Shown: positions 39,018 to 47,546 of the stretch, in pieces
How the letters are laid out: each line of letters opens with the position of its first letter
Numbering within the stretch: position 1 is the first letter of the stretch
IMG/VR virus record: IMGVR_UViG_3300044825_000433
Location: 1 to 49,067 of that record
Origin: a virus
Lineage: Duplodnaviria > Caudoviricetes
DNA: 49,067 bases
Reading direction: 5' to 3' (one strand)
The notes under the pieces: generated by a model
The model's input: only the letters and a program-made list of their open reading frames with translations
Database searches by the model: none
What the model was told of the DNA's origin: nothing
Translations under genes and position numbers: made by a program

Positions 39018-39240
39018 AGAATACGACAATTACCAAGGTACAGAAGAGCAGAAGAAGAACCGGGCGCAGCGCAACACAGCCCGCCGTCAAGCCAAGGCAA
39101 AGGGTTTAAATGTCCAAGGCAAAGATGTGGCGCATGTCAAAGCCCTGTCCAAGGGAGGCACCAACAAGGACGGGGTCACTCTCCAGCCTCCATCGAAGAA
39201 CCGTAGCTTTAAACGAAACAAAGACGGCAGCATGAAATGA
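39001..39240 (+). CDS. Small basic HNH-like protein
   Basis: RNYRKEY...RAQRNTARR...KDVAHVKALSKGGTN...NRS, a degenerate HNH fold. Confidence 0.55.
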   Translation: MRNYRKEYDNYQGTEEQKKNRAQRNTARRQAKAKGLNVQGKDVAHVKALSKGGTNKDGVTLQPPSKNRSFKRNKDGSMK

Positions 39241-40934
39241 TTGCTGACGTAATTGCCCATTACCCGTTTGACCAAACTGCCCGCATCTCTTGCCCCGAAT
39301 GTACCCCGGAGCGGAGGAAGCAGCGGTCAAAAGATATGACGTTGACCCGCAAGCCCGATGGCGCAATCGTTTACCACTGCCATCACTGCGGAGCCAATGG
39401 TTCAGTACAACCCAAGAAACAGGAGATAACCTTGTCTGCCGTTCCATCGAAAGTAATAACCAGCAATAAGCTGGAAGAACGCCACTATGATTGGCTTGCC
39501 TCGCGGGGAATATCCAAAGAAACCGCAGACAAGATGGGGCTGTTTGCAGCAGACAGATGGTTTAACCGGCTGGACAAGAAGTCCGATGCCATTGGCTTCC
39601 CCTACTACCGGGACGGTGCGTTGATCGCAGCCAAGTATCGATCCTTCCCAGAGAAAGACTTCACCCAAGACCAAGGCGGGGCGCATGACTTCTTTGCTTT
39701 GGACAAGGTAGAGAAGGGCAAGCCCCTGATCATTGTCGAAGGTGAGATAGATTGTTTAACCCTGATCGAGGCAGGAATACAGAACGTCGTATCAGTCCCA
39801 TCAGGTGCGCCCATCAAGGTGGCAGATGGGAAAGTTTTACCCAGCGAGGACAAGAAGTTTTCTTATGTCTGGAACGCCAGAGAAATCATTGACGCAGCAC
39901 CGTACATCATCCTCGCCACAGACCAAGACCCTCCCGGTCAAGCACTGGCAGAAGAGCTTGCACGAAGGATCGGCAAAGAGAAATGCAGGATCGCAAAGTT
40001 CAACAAGAAAGATTTGAACGAGGTGTTTCTGTCAGACGATGACCCGACACAGACACCCAGTGAGATCATTGAGGGCATCCTCGCAGACGCGCAGCCCTAC
40101 CCCATCGCCGGTCTCTCCGAACCAACGGCGTTCAAGGATCGTTTAAACGACCTGTACACGAAGGGCACGGGCAAGGGGTTCAGCACGGGCTACGGATCAG
40201 TCGATACGATTTACACGGTAGCACCGGGACAACTCACGGTAGTCACAGGTTATCCATCATCGGGCAAATCCAACTTCGTCGATCAACTCATGGTCAATCT
40301 AGGGAAGAACCATGATTGGAAGTTCGCGGTCTGCTCGTTTGAGAACCAACCTGAGATCCATATCTCCCGACTGATGGAAATTTACACAAAGAAACGGTTC
40401 TTCGAGGGCAAGGGCAGGATGACGGATCAGGAGCGGGACGATGCGTTTAAATGGGTGTCGGATCACTTCCTGTTTATCGATAACAACGGGGAGGAACCCA
40501 GCACCCTCGACTCCATCCTCGAGCGTGCCCGCATAGCGGTTAAACGCATGGGCATTCGGGGGCTGGTCATCGACCCATACAATTACATTGATCTGGATAA
40601 GACCAACAGCACAGAGACTGAAGCGATATCCAACATGCTCACGCGAGTGCAGCGGTTCTGCAAGGCTCACGACGTACATACATGGTTCGTGGCTCACCCA
40701 TCAAAGATCAACCGCTCTGGAGTCGAACAACCCCGCCCTGACGGTATGTCAATCAGTGGATCAATGGCATGGTGGGCAAAGGCAGACTGCGGCTTGACGG
40801 TTCACAGGCTGGAAAACCATGTTGAAATCGCAGTGTGGAAATCACGCTACCGCTGGGTGGGAACTCAAGGGGAAACGACCCTGCTCTACAACCGCGTGTC
40901 AGGTACATACGAGGAGCAAATCGATCATTTTTGA
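39237..40934 (+). CDS. Primase-helicase (T7 gp4/Twinkle-like: Zn finger, TOPRIM, SF4 helicase)
   Basis: CPEC...CHHC zinc finger; IVEGEID and ATDQD TOPRIM motifs; GYPSSGKS Walker A; VIDPYN; VAHP; ISGS. Confidence 0.92.
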   Translation: MIADVIAHYPFDQTARISCPECTPERRKQRSKDMTLTRKPDGAIVYHCHHCGANGSVQPKKQEITLSAVPSKVITSNKLEERHYDWLASRGISKETADKMGLFAADRWFNRLDKKSDAIGFPYYRDGALIAAKYRSFPEKDFTQDQGGAHDFFALDKVEKGKPLIIVEGEIDCLTLIEAGIQNVVSVPSGAPIKVADGKVLPSEDKKFSYVWNAREIIDAAPYIILATDQDPPGQALAEELARRIGKEKCRIAKFNKKDLNEVFLSDDDPTQTPSEIIEGILADAQPYPIAGLSEPTAFKDRLNDLYTKGTGKGFSTGYGSVDTIYTVAPGQLTVVTGYPSSGKSNFVDQLMVNLGKNHDWKFAVCSFENQPEIHISRLMEIYTKKRFFEGKGRMTDQERDDAFKWVSDHFLFIDNNGEEPSTLDSILERARIAVKRMGIRGLVIDPYNYIDLDKTNSTETEAISNMLTRVQRFCKAHDVHTWFVAHPSKINRSGVEQPRPDGMSISGSMAWWAKADCGLTVHRLENHVEIAVWKSRYRWVGTQGETTLLYNRVSGTYEEQIDHF

Positions 40935-41061
40935 GGGGATACGCATATTCCGCGCCCCTCGTCGCGTCTGAAGGTTTCGGACAGGCAAACCGCTTGAATG
41001 CCCAACCTGTCCGACCACATAAAAAGTCGCATATGCGAGGCTCGTTTAAATGTGCTTATGA

Positions 41062-41250
41062 TTACTGGGCATTCATTTCTTTGGCGATTCGTTTATGTCC
41101 CTCAATCATGTGGTTTCGTAACTTCTCGTCATCAAGTATCTCAAAGATCATCTGCTTTGCCAGACTAGCGTCACGATAAAAATGTAGGGCAACCAATGAT
41201 GCACCCAGTGCCCACAATAAAAGAAAAACTTCCGCGATTGAAAAAGTCAT
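41062..41250 (-). CDS. Small membrane protein
   Basis: N-terminal hydrophobic helix; coupled in the operon. Confidence 0.5.
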   Translation of the reverse strand: MTFSIAEVFLLLWALGASLVALHFYRDASLAKQMIFEILDDEKLRNHMIEGHKRIAKEMNAQ

Positions 41251-41486
41251 TTCATCGATCTCCCATAAAAAACTGCTCGTCCAAGGTTCTCAAATCGACC
41301 CATCATTCTAGGTGGATCTGCCATTCTCCACAAATCCCACGCCCCATCATCCCATCGGATGAACGGCTCACCGCGTTTGATGAACCGCTCGTCGTTCTGT
41401 AGATCGATAAGTACATCATGCTTGTAAGCTTCTTTCAAGAAGCGAGGGTGCCTGTTGGTGATGCATTTGATTCGTTTAAACATCAC
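41247..41486 (-). CDS. Hypothetical protein
   Basis: Coupled ORF within the operon. Confidence 0.5.
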   Translation of the reverse strand: MMFKRIKCITNRHPRFLKEAYKHDVLIDLQNDERFIKRGEPFIRWDDGAWDLWRMADPPRMMGRFENLGRAVFYGRSMK

Positions 41487-41740
41487 AGCACCGCAAGGTA
41501 TTTACGCAGCACTTCGTAATGTTCTTCTGGTATCTCTTGGTATCCATCATCGCGCACGATAGTGCAGTCAGACCAATAACCGCCCTGCTCTTTGTCGTAA
41601 TCGCCTTTACTGCATCCGCGCCAATCTCTGGCAAGCTTGTCCATGTACTTTTCAGGACTACCTTTGGTTGAAAATAAAACCTTATCGCTGTATTCCATGC
41701 CGCCGTTAATCTCTTCGATTTTGCCGATGTAATATTTCAT
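41483..41740 (-). CDS. Hypothetical protein
   Basis: AGGAGA RBS within the direct repeat. Confidence 0.6.
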   Translation of the reverse strand: MKYYIGKIEEINGGMEYSDKVLFSTKGSPEKYMDKLARDWRGCSKGDYDKEQGGYWSDCTIVRDDGYQEIPEEHYEVLRKYLAVL

Positions 41741-41950
41741 GATCTTTCTCCTGTTTAAATGTCATCGCACACTACGTTGATGCAGTCCTCTGAATACCGC
41801 TCTTCGCTGTTATCTGGCATGACGGTAAAGAAATGATGCGCTTCCTTCACCGCTAGTTCTTCGTTCTCTGCTTCGACCACATATGTTTTTGTGACTGTTG
41901 CTCTGATCGTGACTGAATATTTTTTCATGATCTTTCTCCTGTTTAAACGT
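41735..41950. repeat. 28-bp direct repeat pair flanking the 57-aa gene
   Basis: TTTCATGATCTTTCTCCTGTTTAAA(T/C)GT at 41735-41762 and 41923-41950. Confidence 0.85.
41755..41928 (-). CDS. Hypothetical protein (57 aa; absent from ORF track)
   Basis: AGGAGA RBS. MKKYSVTIRATVTKTYVVEAENEELAVKEAHHFF... Confidence 0.65.
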   Translation of the reverse strand: MKKYSVTIRATVTKTYVVEAENEELAVKEAHHFFTVMPDNSEERYSEDCINVVCDDI

Positions 41951-41962
41951 ACATAAGAATAT

Positions 41963-42181
41963 TTACTGCATTGGCAGATCTTTTACGTCTGCCTTGATGA
42001 ATGCCTCGATTTGATACACGGTATCTGCCGCCCTCAGGTAGTCAGCCCGACTCATTCCAGAGTAAATCGCGCCCAGTGCGGCAAGCTTCATCAAGATGCT
42101 GAATGCCTGAGCGGTATCGACCTCGCTCTCGCTGATAACCTCAGACAGTTCATTGAACAAATCCACGACAGGGTTTGCCAT
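41963..42181 (-). CDS. Hypothetical protein
   Basis: GGGGGAG RBS before ATG 42181 (MANPVVDLF). Confidence 0.6.
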   Translation of the reverse strand: MANPVVDLFNELSEVISESEVDTAQAFSILMKLAALGAIYSGMSRADYLRAADTVYQIEAFIKADVKDLPMQ

Positions 42182-42201
42182 ATCTCCCCCTTCTACTATC
42201 A

Positions 42202-42273
42202 TCAAATGCCAGTGATACAGAGCACGACGATGCACATAACACAAGCCAGCATCACAATGTAGTCAACGTCCAT
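42202..42273 (-). CDS. 23-aa hydrophobic peptide
   Basis: MDVDYIVMLACVMCIVVLCITGI with a G-rich RBS, filling the gap between genes. Confidence 0.4.
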   Translation of the reverse strand: MDVDYIVMLACVMCIVVLCITGI

Positions 42274-42282
42274 AGTCCCCCC

Positions 42283-43812
42283 TTATGCGGCAAGTTTGAT
42301 TCGGTTGAATGATGCTGCTGCGAGATCATTCAGATTGTCAACCCGAATTGAATCAGGGTATACATGCCCGACACTCTCCATGATGCCGATGCCGACAGTG
42401 GTCACACCTGCGCGAGTTGCAATGTCGATTTGTTTTCGGGCTGATGCTGGTCTGCCCTCGCCATCGGTCAAGGCAAAGACTACCTTGCGCGACTCAGGGC
42501 GACGCAGGATGATCTGGTGCGCGTGACGCAGTGCTTCGTAGTCTGCCGTCGATCCACTGGACTTGACCCGGCTGATAATGTTCCTCGCCTTGCTCACTGG
42601 TGTACCGAATGCAACCGGCACAGATACGTTGTGATTGAATGCGACGACTGACACAGATACACCTGCGCGGCTCAGGGTTTCGTACAGTGCAGCAGCAGCA
42701 TCACGCGCCACATTAATTTTTTCGGAGCGGTTATCCGACATACTGGAAGATACGTCCAGCAGGATCACAACGGCAGAGTCGATGCCCTCATGTTCCTGAT
42801 GACGTTTAAACAGTTTGTCGCTGGTATTGATCCGGTGCAATGCGGTCACGTTCAGAGACCCTGATTTGCGGTTCACTGCAAAGTCATCGAACGCAGAGTT
42901 CTCAAACAGGCGGCGCACCTCAAACCGCAGCCGACCTGCATTGAATGGTTTGATCGGGTAAGTGATTGCGCCCAGATGGTCACCCGGCTCGCCCAGATCG
43001 TCCGGTCTGAAGTCAGGCTGTTTTGAATCGCCATCGACCTTGAGTGTCGGCTCGACCTCCATCGATTCAGCATCCTCGCGTACAGGTTTGCTAGGCTGAT
43101 TGACAGTGGGCTGCTCTGGGGTGTTTTGCTCGTCGCCCTCAGTCTGACCCTCGTCGCTGGATTCATCGCCTTGTGCGCCCTCTGGTGAGGTCTCAGACCC
43201 ATTGTCGGGCTGCTGCTGCGACTGCTGATTGATCTGGTCAAACACCCACCGGGCAATCTCCAACGTATCGCTGCTGTTTAAACAGCCATCGATCCTGCGC
43301 TGCGCCTCGTTAAAGATCGGGGCAAGGTTCGCCGGTACAGGTACACGCTTGCAGAATCCACGCGCCCACAGTGCCAGTGCGAATGGGTACTGCGCCGGGG
43401 CAGACCAGTCAACAAAGATATCAGCCAGTGCTTTGTCGGCGAGACCATCAGCCAGTGTGCGGAGCAGGGTTTCAATATTCCCGGTCAGCCCGACGGCGAT
43501 CGCCTTGCGTTCGATCCACGCATCTTCCAGTGCATTGTGCAGACGATCCACATAGGCGCGACCATCACGCGCCCGAAAGTCAGTGAATTTACGATGTAGC
43601 AACTCATGCACAATGTAACCGGCATATTGATTTACTAACTGCTTGCTGACGGTTGCATCATCTGCAACATTCGCCAACAGGATATTGCCATGCTCGCTGA
43701 TCGCAGCAGTCTGAATATTTGTCCAAGTAATCGACACTGGATTCAGCCCCAATGCGGCGCAGGTCTTATGCGCCATTGATTCGATGCCTGCTCTGAATTG
43801 ATATCCGCGCAT
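42283..43812 (-). CDS. vWA-domain protein with N-terminal HExxH region (CobT-like partner of the AAA+ ATPase)
   Basis: HELLH...NALED at the N-terminus, an acidic linker, then MIDAS DVSSSM, ST and LTDG. Confidence 0.85.
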   Translation of the reverse strand: MRGYQFRAGIESMAHKTCAALGLNPVSITWTNIQTAAISEHGNILLANVADDATVSKQLVNQYAGYIVHELLHRKFTDFRARDGRAYVDRLHNALEDAWIERKAIAVGLTGNIETLLRTLADGLADKALADIFVDWSAPAQYPFALALWARGFCKRVPVPANLAPIFNEAQRRIDGCLNSSDTLEIARWVFDQINQQSQQQPDNGSETSPEGAQGDESSDEGQTEGDEQNTPEQPTVNQPSKPVREDAESMEVEPTLKVDGDSKQPDFRPDDLGEPGDHLGAITYPIKPFNAGRLRFEVRRLFENSAFDDFAVNRKSGSLNVTALHRINTSDKLFKRHQEHEGIDSAVVILLDVSSSMSDNRSEKINVARDAAAALYETLSRAGVSVSVVAFNHNVSVPVAFGTPVSKARNIISRVKSSGSTADYEALRHAHQIILRRPESRKVVFALTDGEGRPASARKQIDIATRAGVTTVGIGIMESVGHVYPDSIRVDNLNDLAAASFNRIKLAA

Positions 43813-43814
43813 GA

Positions 43815-45311
43815 TTACACCTTGAAAATGTTATTGTTTAAATGAGCAGCCTTGATTGCGTTGATTGCAATCTCTGATTCACCCGGCTGACGCGCAGCGA
43901 TACAGGTGTCGAATGCCTCATCTGCGCCCAGCACTGGGAGTGCCCGAATGAACGCGACGATCTGCCTGATTGACGGTGCATCGACGATATTGCCAGCATC
44001 GACCTGCTGACGGCAGACATTTACCATTTCGATAACTGCTTTGGCGAGGTCTTCAGTGCAGCCTGTGTGACGCTGGACGGCTGAGACCTCATGGTAAAAG
44101 TCCAAGTGTTTAAATGGTACGACGCGGCTGAAGCGGTCAGCCAGTGCAGAGTTCATCTGTTGGGTGCCTGAGTACCTGCCGCTCTGGTCACCATTGGTCA
44201 GGGTGTTGTCGGCTGCGATGATCATCACGCCCGGTGCTCTGCGCCTTACCTTGCCGCCGATGGTCACGGCTGCGCCCGGTTCCAGCAGGGCATTCAGCGG
44301 AGCGAGTTCACCGGGGGCTGCGTTGGTGATCTCGTCCAGCAAGATCACCGTGCCGGGTGTTTCGTATGCGCGCAGGAAGTCGCCCTCTGCAAACACGGTA
44401 TTGCCGTTCACCAGCGCGGTGCTCCCGATGTATTCTTCCGCAGTCGTGTACTTGTGGAAATTGATACGGCAGAATCCGCGCCCGGTGCGAGCGGCAAACT
44501 GCTGCGCGGTTTGGGTTTTGCCTGCGCCCTTCTCTCCACCGAACCAAGCATTCTCGCCGGTCTGCTCAGACAGGATCAGATGGCGCAGGATCGTCGAACG
44601 CCAGATAAAGTTGGGATCAACGGCAGGTGCAGCGGGCGAGTTCCAGAGTTGCACCGACATGTCACTGCCAGCGGCATCAGGCGCAGGGCAATCGAACACG
44701 TTGTATGCGGCATCAGTCCCGGTTATATGCACCGCCGACAGGTCAGCGGCAACCTGCTGCAACCCGGCTTCCTCAATTGCGCGTTTAAATGTACCGAACT
44801 CAGCGGATACAGCAGACGCGACGACAGAGGCGATTTGCGCCGCATCGACCTTGAAAGACCCGGCAGTGCGCTGCGCGGCAGCGACCTTGGATTCCAGATC
44901 GGAAACTTTGGCAGCGGTATCAGTGCGGATGGAATCCAAGCCCTTGACGGCTGCATCAATCCCATGATCGAGGCGATTCATCGCCAGCGACAGGGTGTCA
45001 ACCTGAGTGCCGATGCGGTTCAGGTCAATCCCAACAGCATCGATGATGCGGTCTTTCATCTGACGTAGTTTGCCGTCAACGTCAGTGGCGGCAGGCTGCG
45101 TGGCAGGCTGCGCCGGGGCGACGGTGTTCGGCTTGTACTGCCTGATCTGATCCAGAGTGATCAGGCCAGCATCAACCCGCGCTGCGAGTTCCTGCGCGAT
45201 ATCGCGTTTGGTGCGATTGCCTACCAGCCCGACATTGTTCATGTATGCGCTTTCCACTACCGGCAAAGGGATACGCATAATTTGATCCAGCGTGGCGATT
45301 AGTGTAGCCAT
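43815..45311 (-). CDS. MoxR/CobS-like AAA+ ATPase
   Basis: Walker A GEKGAGKT, Walker B ILLDE, ADNT sensor and ALADRF arginine finger; coiled-coil N-terminal extension. Confidence 0.88.
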   Translation of the reverse strand: MATLIATLDQIMRIPLPVVESAYMNNVGLVGNRTKRDIAQELAARVDAGLITLDQIRQYKPNTVAPAQPATQPAATDVDGKLRQMKDRIIDAVGIDLNRIGTQVDTLSLAMNRLDHGIDAAVKGLDSIRTDTAAKVSDLESKVAAAQRTAGSFKVDAAQIASVVASAVSAEFGTFKRAIEEAGLQQVAADLSAVHITGTDAAYNVFDCPAPDAAGSDMSVQLWNSPAAPAVDPNFIWRSTILRHLILSEQTGENAWFGGEKGAGKTQTAQQFAARTGRGFCRINFHKYTTAEEYIGSTALVNGNTVFAEGDFLRAYETPGTVILLDEITNAAPGELAPLNALLEPGAAVTIGGKVRRRAPGVMIIAADNTLTNGDQSGRYSGTQQMNSALADRFSRVVPFKHLDFYHEVSAVQRHTGCTEDLAKAVIEMVNVCRQQVDAGNIVDAPSIRQIVAFIRALPVLGADEAFDTCIAARQPGESEIAINAIKAAHLNNNIFKV

Positions 45312-45313
45312 AA

Positions 45314-45901
45314 TTAAACCTCCGAGTTGTCAAGATTGAATGTGTCACCGCAGACGCAAGTGGGGAGACCCTGCTGCGCCCATTTTTGGGTGAGTCGGAT
45401 CGTGTACTGGCACGACGGGCAAACCGCTTTGAGCAGACGAGTCGCCTGCTTTTTGCGCGTGTTTAAACTGAGTTGTGCATGGGGATACGCGCCCAAAGAC
45501 CCGATGATCTCGCCATACGATTGCAGGAAGTCAGCCGCTTGTTCGGTGGCTTTCCACGCCTGTTTGCCTGAACCGCAGGGGCGCAGGTGCATGGCTGCGG
45601 CGAACTTTTGAAACGTTACACCGTGATTCATCGCGCCCGGCAAGGCATGGCAGAGTTCATGCACGAGCACATCAAACACCCGATCAGGGTTATCCAGTAC
45701 CGGGCTGATCAGAATTTCAATCGTCTTATCAGCAGACGCAGTATCAGCCCAGCATTCACCGATGGCATTGCTGCGACGGGCATTCGATGGGAAACCACAA
45801 GCGACGCGGATTTTTTGTGGGAGCGGCGCAGCCCACAGATCAAACAGTGGGCGCAATTCTGTGACGGCTGCGGTCAGCCAATCCTCGCGTGTTGAATACA
45901 T
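45314..45901 (-). CDS. SprT-like zinc metalloprotease
   Basis: GAGGGG RBS before ATG 45901. VLVHELCH...HG..F and C-terminal CPSC...CVCG. Confidence 0.75.
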   Translation of the reverse strand: MYSTREDWLTAAVTELRPLFDLWAAPLPQKIRVACGFPSNARRSNAIGECWADTASADKTIEILISPVLDNPDRVFDVLVHELCHALPGAMNHGVTFQKFAAAMHLRPCGSGKQAWKATEQAADFLQSYGEIIGSLGAYPHAQLSLNTRKKQATRLLKAVCPSCQYTIRLTQKWAQQGLPTCVCGDTFNLDNSEV

Positions 45902-45911
45902 GACAATCCCC

Positions 45912-46241
45912 TCAGACGTTGTAGTAAGTGTGCAATTGAACCGAATATTCGCGGCGGGAAATGCGGCGAACATCGACGTAGGTGCGAGGGCATCCGCAGC
46001 AATCATGCTCATGACGGCAATTCGATCCGCCCATAGTGTCGGCAATTGCGTTGGACAGGTTAGTGCCGCGCAGCGCAGCCGGGGCAATGACCAGTGTCTT
46101 ATGGGACTTGCCGTCGATGCCATCGTCAGCCAGCCGCTGGTAGCGCAATACTTTCGCCGCGCCGATGTATTGGTGCTGATCTTCTCCGCTCCAGCCGTCG
46201 CTGTATTGGTGGGTGAGTCTCTCAAATAGATCGATTTTCAT
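45912..46241 (-). CDS. Hypothetical protein with CxHxHDCCGC motif
   Basis: GGAGGT RBS; first gene of the leftward operon. Confidence 0.65.
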   Translation of the reverse strand: MKIDLFERLTHQYSDGWSGEDQHQYIGAAKVLRYQRLADDGIDGKSHKTLVIAPAALRGTNLSNAIADTMGGSNCRHEHDCCGCPRTYVDVRRISRREYSVQLHTYYNV

Positions 46242-46299
46242 AAGACCTCCGAGTTATCAAGTTACTACGTTTAAATGAATGTGCTACTGAGCGAATTAC

Positions 46300-46340
46300 A
46301 TCATAGTACTAGCACCGATGCAAGCACTAGTTACTAGCAC
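46300..46340 (-). promoter_or_regulatory. Leftward promoter/operator region
   Basis: -10 TATGAT preceded by GCTAGTAC, a 13/14 match to 36295-36308. TACTAGCAC occurs twice. Confidence 0.5.
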
Positions 46341-46415
46341 ATACCAATTATTTTTACTTACATCAATGGCAACTCATGAGATATACGATTTGTTTATCGT
46401 ATGCAACATGGCAAC

Positions 46416-46607
46416 TGTGGATAACTAGTTGTCAAAGGATAAAAAAACCGCGCAGGTTGAACGAACGCAGGTCGGGTGAGGGTGAGGTAGCCTGAACGGA
46501 AAAAACGGCTCAGATCGCCTCTGGTGAGGTCTGAGGGGCATTTTCAGTATTGACAACAAAATCAGGTGCGTTGTTCTACTTGCATCTGTGTATAACTCTG
46601 TGGATAA
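46416..46607. promoter_or_regulatory. Three DnaA boxes
   Basis: TGTGGATAA at 46416-46424 and 46599-46607, and TGTGTATAA at 46587-46595; all fit TTWTNCACA on the minus strand. Confidence 0.65.
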
Positions 46608-46608
46608 T
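46580..46608 (+). promoter_or_regulatory. Putative terS promoter overlapped by two DnaA boxes
   Basis: TTGCAT-17 nt-GATAAT. Confidence 0.5.
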
Positions 46609-46678
46609 GCGAACGAAGGTATTTAAACGATCAGTGCGCGGTGATGGTGCTGAATTGTCAATTGCAAGTGAGGCGGAC

Positions 46679-47266
46679 ATGGGAAAGACGACGCAAGGCG
46701 AGTATCTGGCGGCATTGGAGGAAGCGAATCAGTGCATCGACGAGGGTTATCAGGATGACAATGCGCCGGGGTTCGATAGCGAAGCGGAACGGATCGCAGC
46801 ATCACTCCCACCAAAGAAGCTAAAGAACATCAATAAGCCACTAACAGAACAGCAGAGGGCATTCGCAACGTATGTCATACAGGGCAAAACCCGCAGGGAA
46901 GCGTATCGTCTGGCATATAACACCAGCATGAGCGATAGCGCAGTCAGCAGCAACGCGGCAAAGCTAGCAGCAGACCCACGCATCGCCAGCATGATCAGTG
47001 CTGCATGGGACGAGACCATTGAGCACCTAGCAGATGATGTGGCGAGTACTAGAAGGTATGTGTTGAGGAAGTTGGTTTCACTGAGCAAAGAAGGCAAGCA
47101 GGAAGGTTCACGTTTAAAAGCACTGGAACTGCTAGGCAAGTCCATTGGGCTATTCACTGGCATCGAAGAGAAGACCGACAAGGCTGTTGCACCAGAGCAG
47201 TTGAAGCGGGAACTGTCGCAGCATCTGAAGCTACTCGACAATGTGAAGACATTGAAGGTGAAGTGA
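46679..47266 (+). CDS. terS: Terminase small subunit
   Basis: LTEQQRAFATYV...EAYRLAY HTH and RLKALELLGKSIGLF C-terminal motif; upstream of TerL; GAGG RBS before ATG 46679. Confidence 0.75.
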   Translation: MGKTTQGEYLAALEEANQCIDEGYQDDNAPGFDSEAERIAASLPPKKLKNINKPLTEQQRAFATYVIQGKTRREAYRLAYNTSMSDSAVSSNAAKLAADPRIASMISAAWDETIEHLADDVASTRRYVLRKLVSLSKEGKQEGSRLKALELLGKSIGLFTGIEEKTDKAVAPEQLKRELSQHLKLLDNVKTLKVK

Positions 47267-47453
47267 TCATGTTTAAACGATCCGACACTGTGAGTCTGCG
47301 CCCCCGACACCCGTTGTGTGTGCTGGGCGTGACCCCACCGTACCCCGACCCCCCACTGTGGCACAGATGGGACCCGTCACCGCTTACGCTGTAATCCACA
47401 CAAACAAATATGTACCCCCACCCAATGAGAACAATGTATTGCCCCCACCCCCC

Positions 47454-47469
47454 TGTTTCACGTGAAACA
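47454..47469. promoter_or_regulatory. parS: Perfect parS palindrome
   Basis: TGTTTCACGTGAAACA is identical to the canonical chromosomal parS consensus; intergenic. Confidence 0.8.
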
Positions 47470-47512
47470 TAGGAAAAGGAGGTAAGGTTTTTAGACGGGG
47501 GGTATATATATG

Positions 47513-47541
47513 TTGAGAGTTTAAATGTTCTCATTTATAGT
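47513..47541 (+). promoter_or_regulatory. Sigma70-like promoter for the RNA array/terL operon
   Basis: TTGAGA-17 nt-TATAGT. The predicted start at about 47547 coincides with the first RNA stem. AGTTTAAATGTT occurs twice, 21 bp apart. Confidence 0.6.
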
Positions 47542-47546
47542 TTAAA

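Larger units (their letters stand above)
765..47278. repeat. Dispersed palindrome GTTTAAAC (at least 21 exact copies)
   Basis: Starts at 765, 10135, 11973, 18780, 22204, 23825, 25916, 26921, 27149, 29147, 30872, 36443, 36729, 36797, 40141, 41474, 41941, 42804, 43276, 45461 and 47271 (manual count). Confidence 0.9.

Noticed and set aside
44164-45068. Long plus-strand ORFs (267 aa and 204 aa) and similar antisense ORFs elsewhere
   Set aside because: They are shadows of well-supported opposite-strand genes, with no RBS or recognisable motifs.
42283-45311. Cobalamin biosynthesis (cobS/cobT) auxiliary metabolic genes
   Set aside because: No cobN or other cob genes; the motifs only support a generic MoxR AAA+/vWA pair.
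45902-46225. N-terminal extension of the 303-aa ORF in the track
   Set aside because: It overlaps the better-supported 45912-46241 gene; the SprT-like protein has its own RBS and ATG at 45901.
43179-46532. 15-nt direct repeat CCTCTGGTGAGGTCT at 43179 and 46518
   Set aside because: About one such match is expected by chance in 49 kb, and the two contexts are unrelated.
765-47278. GTTTAAAC copies as PmeI cloning scars or assembly artefacts
   Set aside because: Copies lie in frame within intact genes with continuous motifs, and many degenerate variants exist.
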